DNA of 54,999 bases, the filler included, from Basidioascus undulatus (taxonomy: Eukaryota), in the NCBI GenBank assembly GCA_000826855.1. It is 5 parts of 5 records of this genome, joined end to end, with 100 filler letters (N's around TTAATTAATTAA, not from the genome) between each part and the next. Parts side by side here need not be neighbours in the genome. Positions count along the whole stretch, not along the records: positions 33,083 to 43,994 come from JTLS01001067.1; positions 44,095 to 54,999 come from JTLS01001068.1; 3 more parts are not named here. The stretch is one strand, 5' to 3'. The position numbers were made by a program, and so were the translations under genes. Position 1 is the stretch's first letter; each line of letters starts with the position of its first letter. This document shows positions 35,814 to 47,200 of this stretch, in pieces. The notes below the pieces were generated by a model. It was not told the origin of the DNA and did not search any database. It saw only the letters and a program-made list of their open reading frames with translations.

Positions 35814-36984
35814 TCACAAGCCCCATTGTTCAATCTGTCCCAGCACCACGTCCGCCGCGTCCTTCCACGGCGTGTCGTGCATCATGTGATGGCCTGCCAC
35901 CCGCCCTTTCGTTAGCTAACGATAGACATGATCGGTCAAGAGGCAAGACTCACCAGCACCCGGAATGAGCACCAATTTGCATCCGTACTCCTTTCCGAGC
36001 CCGCGCATCACCCGCGGGCTCATGAGCACGTCCTTCTCCCCTCCCACAAGCAGCACCCGCCCACTCGCGGCGGCCTCGACCTTCCGCGCGTCCGCGAAGC
36101 GCAGGAGCATGGAGCTCGGCCAGCTGATCGACTCTTCGTGGTTCATGTTCTTGTAGAACGAGTCGACAGCGGAGTCAGGCAGTGAGGGACCGAAGAACAC
36201 GCCCTTGACGAGCGAGGGTGAGGAGAGGGGGGACCGCGGATCGCCCCCATGAAGCAACATGCGAATGCCAAAAAGAGCGTCTTGGCGCGCCCAGTTGATG
36301 TACCTAAAAGGGTTCGTCGTGTAATCAATGGATAGAACACGAAGGTGGAGTGCAATAATGCTGAGTACGCACACCGGCCAGCCTCCGGTGCACGGGAAGG
36401 GGGCAAGGAGAACGACGGCCGATGTCTGAGCCAAACCGCGGTCCAGCGTGTACTGCGAGAGTCCACCTCCGGCCGAGTGTCCTACGAGGATCGGCTCAGG
36501 CGCATCAGGGTGCAGCGAGCGGATGTAGCCGAGCGCGGCGCTCAGTTCGGAAGCGAAGCCGGACACGGTGCGGGTGGTGAAGTCCGAAGGACGAGGAGAT
36601 TCGCCGTGGCCTGCAGAATAGTGCTCAGCACCAGTACAGTTCTTCAGCGGTCATAAGGATCAACGGCGCACCAGACAGGGAAAGAGAGTATGCCGTCCGT
36701 CCGCGCTCGGCGAAGTAAGGCAACCACCGCGAGTAGCACAGCGCAGTTCCGAAACCGCCGTGGAGGCAAAGGATAGGCGCCTGCTTGTCACTCGCTTCCT
36801 TTCCCTTTCCGACGAAAACCTCGAGACCATCGGGGGTGAAAATGCGAGAGACGCCCTCAGGCAGGACGACAGGCGCGCGTTTCGGACGAGGTGTGGGCTT
36901 GCGGACGAACGGGAGAGTGAGAAGCAGGACGGTCGGGGCCAGCACGGCCGCGGCTGAGATGAGCGCCGTACGTGAAGAGGACAT
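35814..36984 (-). CDS. Alpha/beta hydrolase with N-terminal membrane anchor
   Basis: Hydrophobic N-terminus, LCLHGGFG oxyanion motif, SLSG|HGES, GHSAGG nucleophile elbow, GGEKDVLM acid, AG|HHMMHD catalytic His; TGA at 35816-35814. Confidence 0.85.
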
Positions 36985-37807
36985 TAAATGCGTGGAGCGA
37001 GAGAGATCTTGGACGGGCGGTCAGTAACAGTGGCCGAAAGTAAGGCGACAATGGTGGTTCGAGGTCAAGAGGCGGGAAGCTCGATGGCTGTGCGCGCCGC
37101 GCCGAGTTTCGGCGAGGCAACCAGCCGCAAGTCACAGTCAGTCAGGCTCTTCCGCATCCTGCTTGTATTGAAGAAACCTTTTAACTACTGCTTCTGAACT
37201 GTCTAACCGGTTGATTGCCGCGGTGGCGCACAGATGTCTCCCACGATACTGTGAGAAGTCCTCATCTTGATTGTCCTCCTAGGCCTACGCGCCTGGCAGG
37301 TAACCTAGCGCCATCAAGATTGGCGTGGCGAGTTTGTGTCGCTTCAATCAATCAACACAAAAATTGATCCAGCCTGTAGCGTCCAGCCGAAGTATATTGT
37401 ATGCTTCCGGATCAAGTAGGTAGTTGGCTGCCACTGGCGACGAGGTTTGGATCGCTGCCTTCCTCCCACTGAAAGACGATGTTACATTGAGGGAAATAGG
37501 CTATATACCTCTCTGGAGAAACTGAGCTTTTTTAATGCGATTTATCGACGTTATTATTGCTGCGGACTGGGACTGGTTCAAAAGGTTGGAGGGCGTCGCC
37601 GGCGCTATCGAGCGCCGTGCAAACGTAACGTGACATGCAGTACAAAAATTGTCTGACGTCTGCCTTCTTTGCGTATGCATTCCGGACCGAAATTTGAATA
37701 GACGGCAGCAGCTTTGGCAAAGTTGCTTGCAGGCGGTCGGTACTCCGGACACCGTTGATCATGCGCGCATATTCTACAAGTTGCTTTCCAGCGCAAAACA
37801 CTGGCCA

Positions 37808-38972
37808 TCAAGTAACGCTATACCACATCTCTTCAGCCAAGCGGATTAACGAACCGCCCACCCAAGCAGACGAAGGTCCTCCGTGTGAGCCCAGGAAAAA
37901 TGTCGGTGGAATGATCGAGCAGAATCTCACGCAGTGAAGCGCGCTTCTGTTGCGTAAGATCATCGAAATTTTGCGAAGGCCTTCAAGGTGACTTGGGGAA
38001 ATGTAGAAGCACATTCGAAATATACGAGGAGGTATGGCGGTGTGCAGGTGGACGGGAGTCCAGGAGAAGAGATGGACAGGACCCGAAGAGCAGGACAGCC
38101 ATGGAGAAGCGGCTCGAAAGCAGCTCCCGAGGAAAATATGGCGAGCTCTCTGAGATTCCCTCCATGCAGCGCCACGAATCGACGAGAGACGGAGGCGGTG
38201 TAGAATCATCGATGTGAACGGTTAGGGTAGTCAGACTCACAAGAACACGCGGGCGTGCCAGCGCCCATCTCCGATGGCAGTCAGAGGATGGTCTATGGTC
38301 AACTCAGTCAAGGTGGGCAGGCTTATAGGCTGAGCGTCGATAGAAGGTTCCATTGGATCGATTTCTGCCGCCACATCGAGATAGCGCAGCTTTTCGAATC
38401 GATCGAGACACGCCAGAGTGTACGCGGGCATGTCCATCAGGTCAAGGTTGACCTGCAAGTGCAATGCGTGGACGCAGAGGCTTTAGACAACGCTATCATT
38501 GTTTAAAGTCCTGCGGGTGTGCCGACAACATCAGGCGCGGTCTTGGCGTGGCGTCGAAAAGATTCCAGCTGATGGAGCAAGCAGGAAGACTAGGGATGCA
38601 GTTTGATCGAGCGACTTGATGTCCGGAAACCGATGTCGGTCGATTGTGACTGTTAATTCCGAACAGCCGTTTGGTGGCTATGATCGAAAGCTCGGGCGTC
38701 TCGAAAAGGTACAGTTGCTAGAAAAGAGGTCGCGGCGCGAGTGCTACGCAGCGTGATGTCCCGGTAAAAGGACTGCTGGGCATGAGGCTGCTGGCCCGTC
38801 GTTAGTATGGTGCGGGTACAATCTTGCACGGGTACTCACAAAGAGGCGCTCACAAACGAGCATGAGACTCAGCGCCGTTGCTTCGGCGTCTTCGTCGTCT
38901 TCCTCCGTGGGCAAGGTGGACAATCCGTCCGAGTGTCTCGAATGGAAGACGATCGAAAGCGCTTGAACCCAT
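37808..38972 (-). pseudogene. F-box-like/LRR-like protein relic; 3' end uncertain
   Basis: ATG 38972 MGSSAFDRLPFETLGRIVHLAH, then frameshift near 38906 into EEDDEDAEATALSLMLVCERL..PHAQQSFYRDITLRS..SFLAT; later LRR-like FEKLRYLDV, LPTLTELTI, CPALRVLSI pieces in differing frames. Confidence 0.5.
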
Positions 38973-39559
38973 AATAGCGGCCGGGATGATAGACGTGATG
39001 AGAAGGTGGGGTATCTCGCGATGCGAGTAAGGGAAGGAATAAGGTAAAGAGAGGGGAGAGGAACGAGAAGGGAGGACGGAGATATGGAGACATGACTTCG
39101 GCGTTAGTGGGCGTCGCAGATCGCCGAGATATCAAGAGGAGCAAAGAGTAGCAAAGCTCAACTACAATTGTTGACCAGTCACGACGCAGGAACCGCAGAA
39201 TCGCAGATGGAAACATTTCTATTCAAGAAATACCGAGTACATATTCAGGATGGGTAAGCACGCAAAGCGAACCACTTGAACGGTCCTTTGGGTTGCTTCG
39301 AGCCCGATGTGCACCTTCTTCACTCCTGCACTTTGATTGCTGTTAACATGGGCTTAGAGTTAACCATCTAAAGAGGGTTTGTAATTGTAGCATAAAGCTC
39401 TGGTTGAAGTGAAAATGGCGGATGACGACGAATAACAAACGTGAACCGCTTTGGGCCTTGTTCTGTCGTGTCAGCGAGACTGAGTGCATTTTTACTGTCC
39501 GGTGAGACTGAGAAGAGCAAAGCGAATTAGCATAGGATTTATAGCCTGAGATTAGCCGG

Positions 39560-39870
39560 CCTTCCCATTGGTGAGCCTCAAGCTCTCGCAGTGGCGATAC
39601 GCTGTGTGTAACGACGTTGTGTGCGAAGACGGCAGTGCATGCGGCGACTGCCATGCATAGTCGACAAGTGTGAGCCCTGCAATGACAGAACCTGTGAGAT
39701 TCTTCGTTTCGTATGAATTTTCTGGTTATATTCGGGATGCAGCATGTCATGCAATAATCTTGGCAGACTGGGCGAGGGGTTGAACGCATTGTCTTGCTGA
39801 TGTACGCCGTTTGCACGGCTCAAGCTGCATAACTGTGAAGCAGGCAGAACGTTTCCAAGGATCCATTAGA
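39560..39870 (-). pseudogene. Possible degenerate RBR (RING-IBR-RING) E3 ligase fragment
   Basis: PVCQDYCMTCC..FIRNEESHRFCHCRAHTCRLCMAV..VFAH..TH resembles the RING2 pattern I-x-R-N-x-G-C-N-H-M-x-C-x-C-G-x-H-x-C-W-x-C but lacks several ligands and an ATG. Confidence 0.25.
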
Positions 39871-40325
39871 ATACATATATATTGAAAATCGCAAATAATT
39901 TACAGGCTGAATTGGATGTTTACGTTGAACCGTCGCTCCGTGCCATTGGACCCGGTGGGCACCGTTCGAAAGCCCATTTGTATTTGCCTCGAGCGATTCT
40001 TCGCCTTGGCTTTAGATTCAAAATAATAAGGGTCAGTGAAGGTGGATGATCTAACTAGCCCTCTCGTCACGAAGCGTGTTGCTGCGCGGCCTCATGCTGG
40101 CCTCAGTGGTCTGTCGTCGAGTTGCTCGCAAGCCGTAGCACCGAAGTTGCTGTTCGATGGTTCCGTACATAATGTACACGAATAATAACCATGCTCCGGA
40201 AAGTTTATTTTCAACATCAGTGCATCCATTTGAGGGTACTCAGCGAAAACCCGCCAAGCTCACAACACAATTTCTCCTGCCCACCGACCGCCCTCCCTCC
40301 GAATCGCTACCTCCTCCTCCCCCTC

Positions 40326-43300
40326 CTACGTTTCGATATACTCCAAGGGCTTATACTCAGGATTCCACATTCTCTCTGAAACCCATTCTTCACGCTCCTC
40401 TTTCCCTTTCGGCACGGACTCCCCGTCCTGCTCGCCCGCAACGGCAGCGGCGACGCTCACGCTCACCTTCCGCACGTGCGCCAGATCGGGTAGCACGGGC
40501 CCGTGCTCCGGGTCGCGCAGCGCGGGCGAGAGGGATGCAAGTCCACGCACTCCGGCGAGGATGAGCCTGTCGGAGAGACGAGGGGCTGAGGAGAGGATGG
40601 TGCCCAGGGCGAGTCCTGGATGGTAGTGTGAGGGCAGTATAGGCGGTACGGCGAAGTCAAGGGATGAGACGAACCTGGATAGATCAACGCGTTGTTTGCT
40701 GATGCGATTGGCACCTCGCGGCCGGTGCGAGGGTGTTTGACTGGCGGGAAGGGCGAGCCGGTGGCGGTGAGGACTTGGCCGTTCGTCCACTTGAATAGGT
40801 CCTCTGTGCCGGCCCATAATATCAGCGCTCTGTTTTCGATAGCACATTAAAAAATATCTCACCAGGCTTCGCCTCCGACAGCTCAGTCGGGTTAGAAAGT
40901 GGCATCTATCCATCCGCCATGTCAGTTTCCTGTGTGCCTATGAGAGTCGAAAACGCCGTACTAAGATCGGCCTCCTGCCCTCCTGCAAGCCCTCCATAAC
41001 CCTCTTAACGACATCCTCCGTCCACGCGCCGCCCTGGCCGCTCGTGCCGATCATCACCGTGGGCTTGACGACCCTGACATACTCGACGAGGCCCCCCTCT
41101 TTTGGGACGGTCTCGTGGTGCTTCTCCGCGTACGGGCGCTGGTGTTCGGAGACGTCGGGCGTGCTCGCTGTGAGGAGGCCTTTGCGGTCGACGAGCCTGG
41201 TCACGATCCACCGGCCCTCCATCTCAGCTTGAGAAAAGTTCTAACTGAGAAAAGAGGGTACACACCAGATCCGAGACTCAGCGTCTTCTCGCGACAGCCC
41301 ATCAAGCTCGACCATAGCCAGCCGGACTACGCAGCGTTGAAAGCCTCAGTCATTACGAGCTTCGTGCGAAGAGCAAAGCGCAGGTAAACGCACTGTATTG
41401 AGCCACACCTGTCCCCGCCGTACCCGCGCCGTAGATCAATACGCGTTGGTCGCTGAGCTTGCTCTTCTGCGCGCCGACGGCGCCCAGCAGCGCGGCGAGG
41501 ACCACTGCGCCGGTGCCTTGGCTGTGAAGTACTTCGGGGTAAGGACCTTTGTGAGATCGTAGAGTGGAAGTTGAGGGATGCGTACATATCATCGTTGAAC
41601 ACCGGGAACTGATTGCGGTACTTGTCCTGGAAGGCGACGCAGCAGTCAGGTTCGTGCTGTCTGCCGTCTGAAATTGCAGCACATCCGGCGTACCAGAAGC
41701 CGCGCTGCGTTCGCTTTCCCAAAACTGTTACAGGCCAACTGCTCAGTAGATAATTATAGAGACGTCTAGGAACGAACGTACTCTTCGAAGTGAATAAGAG
41801 CCCGCGGCCACAGCGCCTGCACGCTCTTGACAAACGCGTCGACGAGCGTGTCGTATCGCTCGCCTTGGACGCGCTGCGAAGATATGCGTGATTTTCAGCA
41901 TCATGATGAGCTGAGGGAAGAGTTAAAGAAAAAAAGAGTGGGTGGGACCCACTGGGTGGCGCCAGCCCATGTACAGCGGGTGGTCGAGCAGCCTGTAGTC
42001 CGGGGAGAGCCACTCAGTTGACGCTTGTGGACAAAAGGAAACGCCACGCGCTGCTGGTTGTTCGTCCCCATATCCAGCACGACACTCAGAATCCTAGGCG
42101 GGGCCTACCCCAGACTTCCCATCAGTTTAACCGACATTATGAGGAAACAAAGAAGACGCACTATCCCCGCCCCCAGCGTGTAAACGTTCCCCTTGGCCAC
42201 GCAGATCTCCGTCCCGTGGACGCCCCAGTCCCCGATGCCAAGGATGCCCTCGCCGTCCGTACAGATGATGAGGTCGAACTCGTACGGCCTGTCGCCGTCG
42301 TAGATCTCGGGGTTGTGCATCGCCAGGCGCGCGGGGAGCGCCCATGGGTCCGACTCGAAGTAGGGAAGGGAGAGGTAGCATTCGTATGCCTGAAGAGGGG
42401 GGGCAGAGGAGATTGGAGGTGAGTTGGATGGCTTGATTATCAAAGGGAGATCCGGAAAGAAGGGACGTACAGGACGACGGAAGAGCTCGGACCACTGCTT
42501 GATTGCTTCGCCGACAGTAGGCGTGTAGAGCTGTCCTCCTCGTCTCTATCAGCACCCCTTCCTCCCTTCCCAACCCATCTTGGAATACCCCTCAGCAAAC
42601 TCACTATAGGCAGCAGCTCCTTTAGGTTCCTCTCGAGCAGCGCAAAGAAAAGCACCGTGTTCTGTTCTCGCAGCGACACGAGAAACGTGCGCTTGCCGAT
42701 ATTGGTTTTGTGCCTGTCGAGCTGCGCGGTAGCGCGTCCAATCTGCACGTCCAGGGACTGTACCTCATATGGGAGGTAGGACGACAGCTTGAACGTCGCG
42801 CGCTCGGTGCGGGTGAAGGCAGAGCCCTGTCGGGGGGAGCCATCCCGGTCAGTACTATCTGTTTTGGAGTAGGGAGGAAAAGAGGAGGAAGAAGAAGAGG
42901 AGAAGGCGGTGTCGGAAGGGAAGGGGAGAGTGAGTGAGAAAATGTTTATGGGGACAAGGCGCACTTTGTTCAAATGCGGCTTCTCCAGCAGGTCAGCGCC
43001 TGTGCGCTTCGTGCGCAGCGGACGGTAGACGATGGGCGCTTGAGAGCGATTACCAGGCCTAGATCGCCCGTCCGAAAGCACAGCATCCTCGGTGTCAGCT
43101 TGGGTGCCTGGTTGGCATAGAGAGAATAGAGGGCGGAACGGAAGAAAGAACAAGGAGCGAGGGAGCGGGAAGACGGCGAGGAAAGAGGCCAAGGACCGGA
43201 AGGGAGGAAGGAAAGGAGAGAGGAAGGGAACCGGGATGATAAAGAGGAAAACATGAAAAAGAAGACGCACTCGTGCCGGGGGTGCCTCGGCTCAGGCGCC

Positions 43301-43368
43301 TGCTTCGCATCGGCCGGCTGGAGGCCCGCGTGCATGACGGGAGGGATGGGCGGAACGGGGGCGGCCAT
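40326..43368 (-). CDS. Malic enzyme (malate dehydrogenase, decarboxylating), multi-exon
   Basis: LLEKPHLNK|GSAFTRTER, LREQNTVLFF, YTPTVGEA, CTDGEGILGIGDWG, VLDMGTNN, FNDDI|QGTGAV, GAGTAGTG, VDRKGLL, KPTVMIGTSGQGGAWTE, ANNALIYP|GLALG, MWNPEY. Confidence 0.95.
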
Positions 43369-43994
43369 GTTGGACGAAGTCCACAGTTTGGCCTGGTCAG
43401 TAGTGCGAGTAAGAGGAACGGTTGAAGATGCTTGGATGAGCAGACGTGAGGGCGGACAAAGGACAGCGTCATTCGAAAGTGAGTTTGAGCGAGTACGCCG
43501 GACGGCTGCTGAAGGAGGGATGAAATTAGTAGGGTTTGATCTTTGAGTGTTCCACTTTCAAATGTCAGGGATGGTTCGATGGCGAGAGAAAGGAGAACGC
43601 AAGTGCGCTATGTGAGTTAGTGAATGAGTGCGCGAGTGAATCCCAAGCGTTGGAAGGCAAGTCAGCGGCCGGCCGGCATACAGACCTCGCATCAAGGTAA
43701 TGCGTAAAACTCGATATCAAAGTACAACAGGTCGTCGGTATGACCCAGAAAAATAACAAAGCACGCCTGGCCAGGCGTCACTCGTCCCGGGCGCCCGTGC
43801 GCTCCGCGCTGAGCCTCCGCCCTGCCGTCCCAGGGTGCAGGAGCGCCTCCATGCCCTTCTGTGGGCTTGCGCTCCGTGCCGTAACCTTGGCGCGCAGCTT
43901 GTCCATCACGTCTGCGCGGGCGCGCTTGGCGGGCGGGAGGACAGGGGAGTGAGTTCAAATTGGGTCTCGAATAGATTGTAGAAGTAAAGGAATG

Positions 43995-44094
43995 NNNNNN
44001 NNNNNNNNNNNNNNNNNNNNNNNNNNNNNNNNNNNNNNTTAATTAATTAANNNNNNNNNNNNNNNNNNNNNNNNNNNNNNNNNNNNNNNNNNNN
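43995..44094. other. Artificial contig spacer
   Basis: 44 N + TTAATTAATTAA + 44 N. Confidence 0.99.
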
Positions 44095-44201
44095 TTTCCC
44101 CTCTCCCTCCCCCTTCCTCTCTTCCCTCCCTTCCCTTCCAATCTTCTCTCCCAATCCTCGCCTGCCGGTATGCTTACCACCGCGTTATCTTTCCGCCGCA
44201 G

Positions 44202-47200
44202 GTTCGGCGTTCACCCCGACTGGAAGCGCCAGCTCTCGAAGTTCCAGTCCGTCCAGGACCGTCTCCGCGAGTGGCAGCCCGACGTCAACGACAAGCTCCA
44301 AGTCTTTTCCTGCCTCACCATTAAGGCGCTCGACATCGACGGTATCCGCATCGACAAGGCGACGCAGGTCACGCCCGACGCGCTCGCGCGGTGGAGCCGC
44401 GCGACCCGCGAGTGCGCCAGAAAGTACGACAAGGACAACTTCTACATCCCCGGCGAGGTCACAGGCGGCGACACGTTATCGTCTATCTACATGTGCGTCT
44501 CTCTTGATTCATCTCCTCGCCTCAGGGCCTTCTGACTCGATCAATGAACGTGCAGCGGCCGCGGCCGCACGCCGGATATTCTGCCGGAGAACTTCACCGC
44601 CGCAGTCGCGCTCAAGCCGTCCGACTCCGAGTTCTTCATGCGCGACGAGGGCGTCGCCGCGCTCGACGGCGTCGCGTTCCACTACTCGATCTACCGCGCG
44701 CTCACACGCTTCCTCGGCATGGACGGCAACCTCGCGGTCGGCTACGACGTGTCGTCCGACTTCGTCAATGCGTGGAACGAGGTCATGCGGTCGAACGACC
44801 TGCTCAACGCGCTCGACGGCTCGTTCGACCCGCGCCACATGCTCGGCACCTGCAACCACGACATCTTCCGGTGGCCTTCGCTCGTCGACGGCACGCAGCG
44901 CCAGCTCGTCGGCACATTCATCATGACTATACTGATACCAGGCGTCCCGCTCGTGAGTCTTCGTCTCGTGCGATACTGCGAGGGACACGGAGGGGGCCGG
45001 TCTTTGCTACGAGCACGAGAATGCTGACCCGAAGCGCTCTTGCAGTATTACTGGGGCGAGGAGCAGGCCATGTACCTCTACGACTCGGGCGCGCCCAACT
45101 ACCTCTACGGGTGCGTCTGTCTTGAGCGAGCAATCGCCTGAAGCGAACTCGCTGACAATCTTCCCTTGTGCAGTCGTCAGCCGATGACCTCGAGCCAGGC
45201 CTGGCAGCGTCACGGCTGCTACAAGCTCGGCTCGACACAGTACCACGACATGCCGCTCGACAAAGCGCTCGACGGTGCGTTCCTTTCACTTGTTTCTTCT
45301 ATTTTCATGAAAGAGGCGCCCGTGCTGAATCTCCATTTCCGTAGGTTGCAACGACGACTGGAACTCGATCGACCACTTCGACCCGACCGCGCCGACGTAC
45401 CGCGTTTGGAAGCACATGGCACGACTCCGAGAAACGTACCCCGTCCTCACCGACGGCTTCCGACTCGAGAAGTCGGGCAACTGGACGCGCCTCGAGATCC
45501 TTCCGAACGGCACCGAGTCGGAGTTCGGCCTCTGGCTGGCTGTCCGCGGGGCGCTCGAGTCGCAGACGCTCGCGGGCGACCACGACGACTGGGACGTCTA
45601 CATGTTCTACTCGAACGAGGTACGCCGTCAATTCAAGTCTGTTTCGGAACTTCAGGCGGACTCCTGATATCTGGCTGAGGATCACAGAACTCTGCCAAGA
45701 GCTACGAGTTCGACTGCGAAGGTTCCGAGGAGATCTTCGGGACGCGGCTGCCGATCGAGCAGGGCACGACAATCCGCAACCTCTTCTACCCCTTCGACAC
45801 GATCGAGCTCGCTCCGTCCAACATCGATTGGGACGACACGTCGCGGGGCTGCGTGCAGAAGCTCGAGATGCCCGCGTACGGCTTCAAGGCCTACGTCATC
45901 GAGGACTCGTGGGAACCGCCGCTCCCCGCCCTCACGCGCTTCAGCCCGGGCCACGACGCGCGCGTGCTCTCCACCGGCGCGACGGCGACCAGCTTCGACA
46001 TTGCGTTCGAGTTCGACACCGAGATGGACTGCGACTCTGTCACCGAGGGGCTGAAGATCGCCGTCACGTCGCTCGGCTACAGCGGCGCGCCCAAGCACTC
46101 TACGCCCAAGTGCGAGTCGATCTCGGACGACAGCCCAAGCGAGCTCGTCGGCGCGCGGCCGAGTGCCTGGCGGTGGTCCGCGACTGTCGAAGACGCGCCG
46201 GACGGGATCTATGTCTTCAAGCTGGATAAGGCCTCGACTGAGTCGAGCGGGGGAGTGGAGTCGGTATGCCATCTCAGTTCCATCAGCGTCTCCATTCTTC
46301 CGCTAATCTGACTGCCCGTTCCGAGCCCGTCTACCATCTCTTCGTCCGCAAGGGCGGCGAGAACGACACGCTCATCTTCCCGCAGAACGACTACCACAAG
46401 GACATGTTCACGAAGGACGGCGACAAGTACTTCATCACGCACATCTCGCCCGGCGCCGACCATTTCCGCTACACGCTCGACTACGGCCGGCACTGGTCCC
46501 GCTGGTCCCACTACGAGGCGAAGACGGAGATCCCCGACTCGGCGTGGGACGACACCGCCGACCGCTTCTGGTCCGGCGAGCACGTCATCGTCCAGTACTA
46601 CTCGGATGCGCTTGCCACCAGCGCGACGGTCGTCCACGCCGACAGCGAGTACGACGGCGGCGAGCGCCGCGTCCCGCGGTACATCGCGCGCGGGCCGTTC
46701 AACAACTGGGGCTTCGACCAGGGCGTGGCCGCTACTCTCGGGCAGAAGAGCAAGGACGGCCAGTGGAACTTCGAAGTATGTCTTTGATTGGGAATTGGGA
46801 GTTGGCCCTGGAACTCGTCTCGCTGAACCCGACATCACGGCCCGAGCAGATCATGTACAGCTGGCCAGCTCGCGTCCAACTGAACGTCTTTGACTACGAC
46901 GACTACTTCTACGGCGATGGAAACAATGATAGCATCCTGGAGAGGAATCCGCCTAACTCTCTCGGTACGCTCTGTCGTTCTCTTGTTGTCCACGCTCGGA
47001 TTTGACAATGGCTTCGTAGCGATCAACTTCGTCAACATGTCGGCGCCCCCGCATCCGCACCTCGGTTGGTCCTTCATCGTCGAGGACAAGACGGGTCGCG
47101 TTCGCTTCGAGCCGCGTGGCAAGTCGCTGTTCGCGGGGATCGTAGCTGTCCTTCTCCTCGTCATCCCTCTCCTCACCGCGTTCGCGTCCGCCGTCGCGTT

